From NCBI RefSeq assembly GCF_964204645.1, contig NC_134030.1, positions 22,528,210 through 22,592,209 on the forward strand: DNA of 64,000 nt, written 5' to 3'. A program made the position numbers and the translations under genes. This DNA is from Tubulanus polymorphus (taxonomy: Eukaryota > Animalia > Nemertea). Below, one piece after another: positions 61,553 through 64,000 of the stretch. The notes under the pieces are model-generated. The model saw nothing but the letters and a program-made list of their open reading frames with translations, did no database searches and was not told the DNA's origin. Position 1 is the first letter of the stretch, and every line of letters starts with the position of its first letter.

Positions 61553-64000
61553 GGGTAACTCCACGTAATTTCGGAAGACCACGTAATTTCGGAAGTTTTC
61601 TTCTACGGCCTCTCAGCAGTCGCGTAGAGGGAATACCTATTCGGACGAGCTTAAATTTGAAAAAGGGGAGGTAGGTTGGTATTTCCTGGGAATTCCACGG
61701 AAATCCGCGCCGTTTTGATGACGTAGTACGCATTTCTTCCCGGCACACGAAACCAGCGAAGCAGGAGATAAAAATCGGTCATGTAAGTACATTATTGATT
61801 GCCCCATTTTTACGGCATTTCGCGGCCAGCTGTTATGTAAACACTACTAAGAAGTTCTAGGAAGTAAAAAGTTTGTTTATAAACATTCATTCGCTATTGG
61901 AATACGGTCATTGATGAAATATCAGCGATTTTTAGAAACTCGCTCGCCTACACATAATTTCGGATATCGTATACCCGGTTATTCTGGCTCGTTCACGTAA
62001 TTTCGGAAGTTCCGAATTTATGTATAGATGGTATTTGTGTGTGTTTTCTCGGTAGTCTATCATCAAACAGGCCTTTTTCTGAGATAACTGTCACAAAAGA
62101 GTGCATACTGAAAACAAATGCAAATTGATTCATCATTTTAGCCCCAGAGCCTAGGCCTATAACCTAGTCTCCATAACACAGTTATCAGTAGGCCTAAATT
62201 ATGAAAATGCCATTCTGAGATCAGGTTGTAACTAATAACATGTGATGATATTTACTAAGGAAAATAATTAAGGCTTATTTATAAAAGAAAATGAATTCAT
62301 TTTATTATTATTTTTATAATCAACATGATATTTACAATGTTTTTTATTTTTAAGTATGTCAAAAGTGTATCGGCGTTGGACAGAAGTGCAAATGGGTGAA
62401 GCTGTTGAGGCTGTTCAGAATGGGATGTCAATATTATCGGCAGCAAAAAACTTTGGCGTACCAAAATCAACATTACATGACCGAATAAGTGGGAAAATTC
62501 CTGCAGGAAGGAAACTAGGTCGACCGACGAATCTGTCTGAGGCAGATGAATCAAAACTTGCGGATTTCGCGAAAAACCGTGCAGACCTCGGTTACGGTTT
62601 TTCAAAGGGAAATCTATTGAAATATGCGGGTGATCTCGCCTTAAAAAGGGGGACACCATTTAAACAGGTAGGCCAACGATTTTCACTAAAAGGTTGTTGT
62701 TTATCCCTTATAATTAATACTGGTATATATATTTTACTTTTAGATTATCCCGAGTGACCAGTTCTGGGCTGGCTTTAAAACTAGAAACCCCACTGTTGCA
62801 CTCCGAAAGCCAGAGGGCACTGCGGCAATCCGACATCAGTGCATGAATGTTAAGAAGGTTGGAATGTTCTTTAGATCGGCCACAAAAGTATTGCTAAATG
62901 CTCAACCGATGCATATTTGGAATCTCGATGAAACTGGCGTTCAGTTTTCTCATGTCCCCGGAAAAATTGTTGCACGGTAGGCTTTGAACTAAATTAGCCT
63001 ATCATTTAAATACTTCAACTGTTGGTCTATAAATAGCCCTTATCAAACCCAAGTTATTAAGCCCAGCAATATTCTAATGAGTTGTTGAAGTATTTTTAAT
63101 TTCCGACTATCAGCAATCATCCAGATACAGAAACTCAATACCACAGTCATAAAACAACAGATTTAGGAATGAACGTTATAACGATGAAAATTTTATTTTC
63201 AAAACTCTTATTTACAGAAAAGGGAGCAAGTATGTTCAATCTCGAATCAGCGGCAATCGCGAAACAGTTACGATCATGGCATGTGGAAATGCTGCTGGGC
63301 AGATGCTGGCCCCTAACGTTATTTTTAAGGGCAAGACGGCAGCATCATTACTCTCAGTTGACACAATGAACGCACCGGCAGGTACGACAGTTTCTGTATC
63401 GGAGAGTGGTTGGACGAAACAGGTAATTAGTTGTCAGTCACATTTTGAATCAGGCTCCTGAAGTGAAAAGCATTGTCAAATTTCATGTATTCATGATTTC
63501 AACAGGGAATTGCAACGATTTGGTTTAAGAAAAATTTTTTACCTGCTATTGGAGCGGCTCGTCCACAGATTTTGATATCCGATGGACATAACAGCCACAA
63601 TTTTCTTGAATTGGTCGAGCTGGCAAGAGAAAATGGAGTAACACTGTTAGAATTACCAGAACATACCTCACATTGGTTGCAACCTTTAGATCGGTAAACA
63701 CACTTCTTACAGATTTTATTAAAGAATACATCTTCCAATGAAATTAGACCTCAACTGACTAATTAATGTTTCACTTTCTTTGAAGATCATGCTTTAAGAC
63801 ATTGAAAGCATCATGGAATCGCCTATGTTTGAATTTTCATAACGAAAATCCGGGACGTATAGTGAACAAAAGTTGTTTCTTTGAGATCTTCAGACCAACA
63901 TGGCTCAGTATAACCCCGGAGAACCTTATAAATGGTTTTCGAGCATGTGGTCTTTTTCCATTCAATCCCGAGATCATTCCCAAGGAAGCTTTTTTACCAT
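61553..64000 (+). mobile_element. pogo-superfamily (Fot-like, DD35D) DNA transposon, right end outside the window
   Basis: TA|GGGTAACTCCACGTAATTTCGGAAG candidate left TIR with repeated CACGTAATTTCGGA subterminal motifs (~61562, 61580, 61994), followed by the transposase gene. Confidence 0.8.
62356..64000 (+). CDS. Spliced pogo/Fot-like transposase (HTH_psq, CENP-B HTH, DDE_1), 3'-partial
   Basis: Exons 62356-62667, 62744-62976, 63218-63422, 63506-63693, 63786->64000 join in phase without stops. Motifs [73 protein letters not shown]; 35 residues between the second and third Asp. Confidence 0.92.

Overview
AT-rich, intron-rich metazoan DNA, probably from a marine invertebrate (a lophotrochozoan is my guess). 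Genes from left to right: two CD20/MS4A-like four-TM genes on + (1561-2319, 5904-6782). A large axonemal dynein heavy chain gene on - (ATG 37246; 34 exons traced in phase to 8658; ~1913 aa of tail and linker, no AAA ring in the window), with an uncharacterised two-exon gene nested antisense in intron 17. The C-terminal half of a CYP2-clan P450 on - (39094-40788). IGBP1/alpha4 on + (47029-50882). NHEJ1/XLF on - (51517-57330), with an intronless class A GPCR nested antisense. An intron-containing pogo/Fot-like DD35D transposon running off the right edge. Introns contain many piggyBac-like, Harbinger-like and Tc1/mariner-like MITEs, SINE/LINE remnants and minisatellites. Main observations: (i) tandem arrays that multiply functional splice sites, including ~66 copies of a dynein 5' splice donor and three splice sites of NHEJ1; (ii) two unrelated ~250-bp TSD-flanked palindromic elements that share one architecture and each carry a Penelope-type minimal hammerhead motif; (iii) a nested orphan gene whose 14-aa coding repeat shares its core with a 79-bp intron-filling repeat family. 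All coordinates were read by eye and no searches were run.
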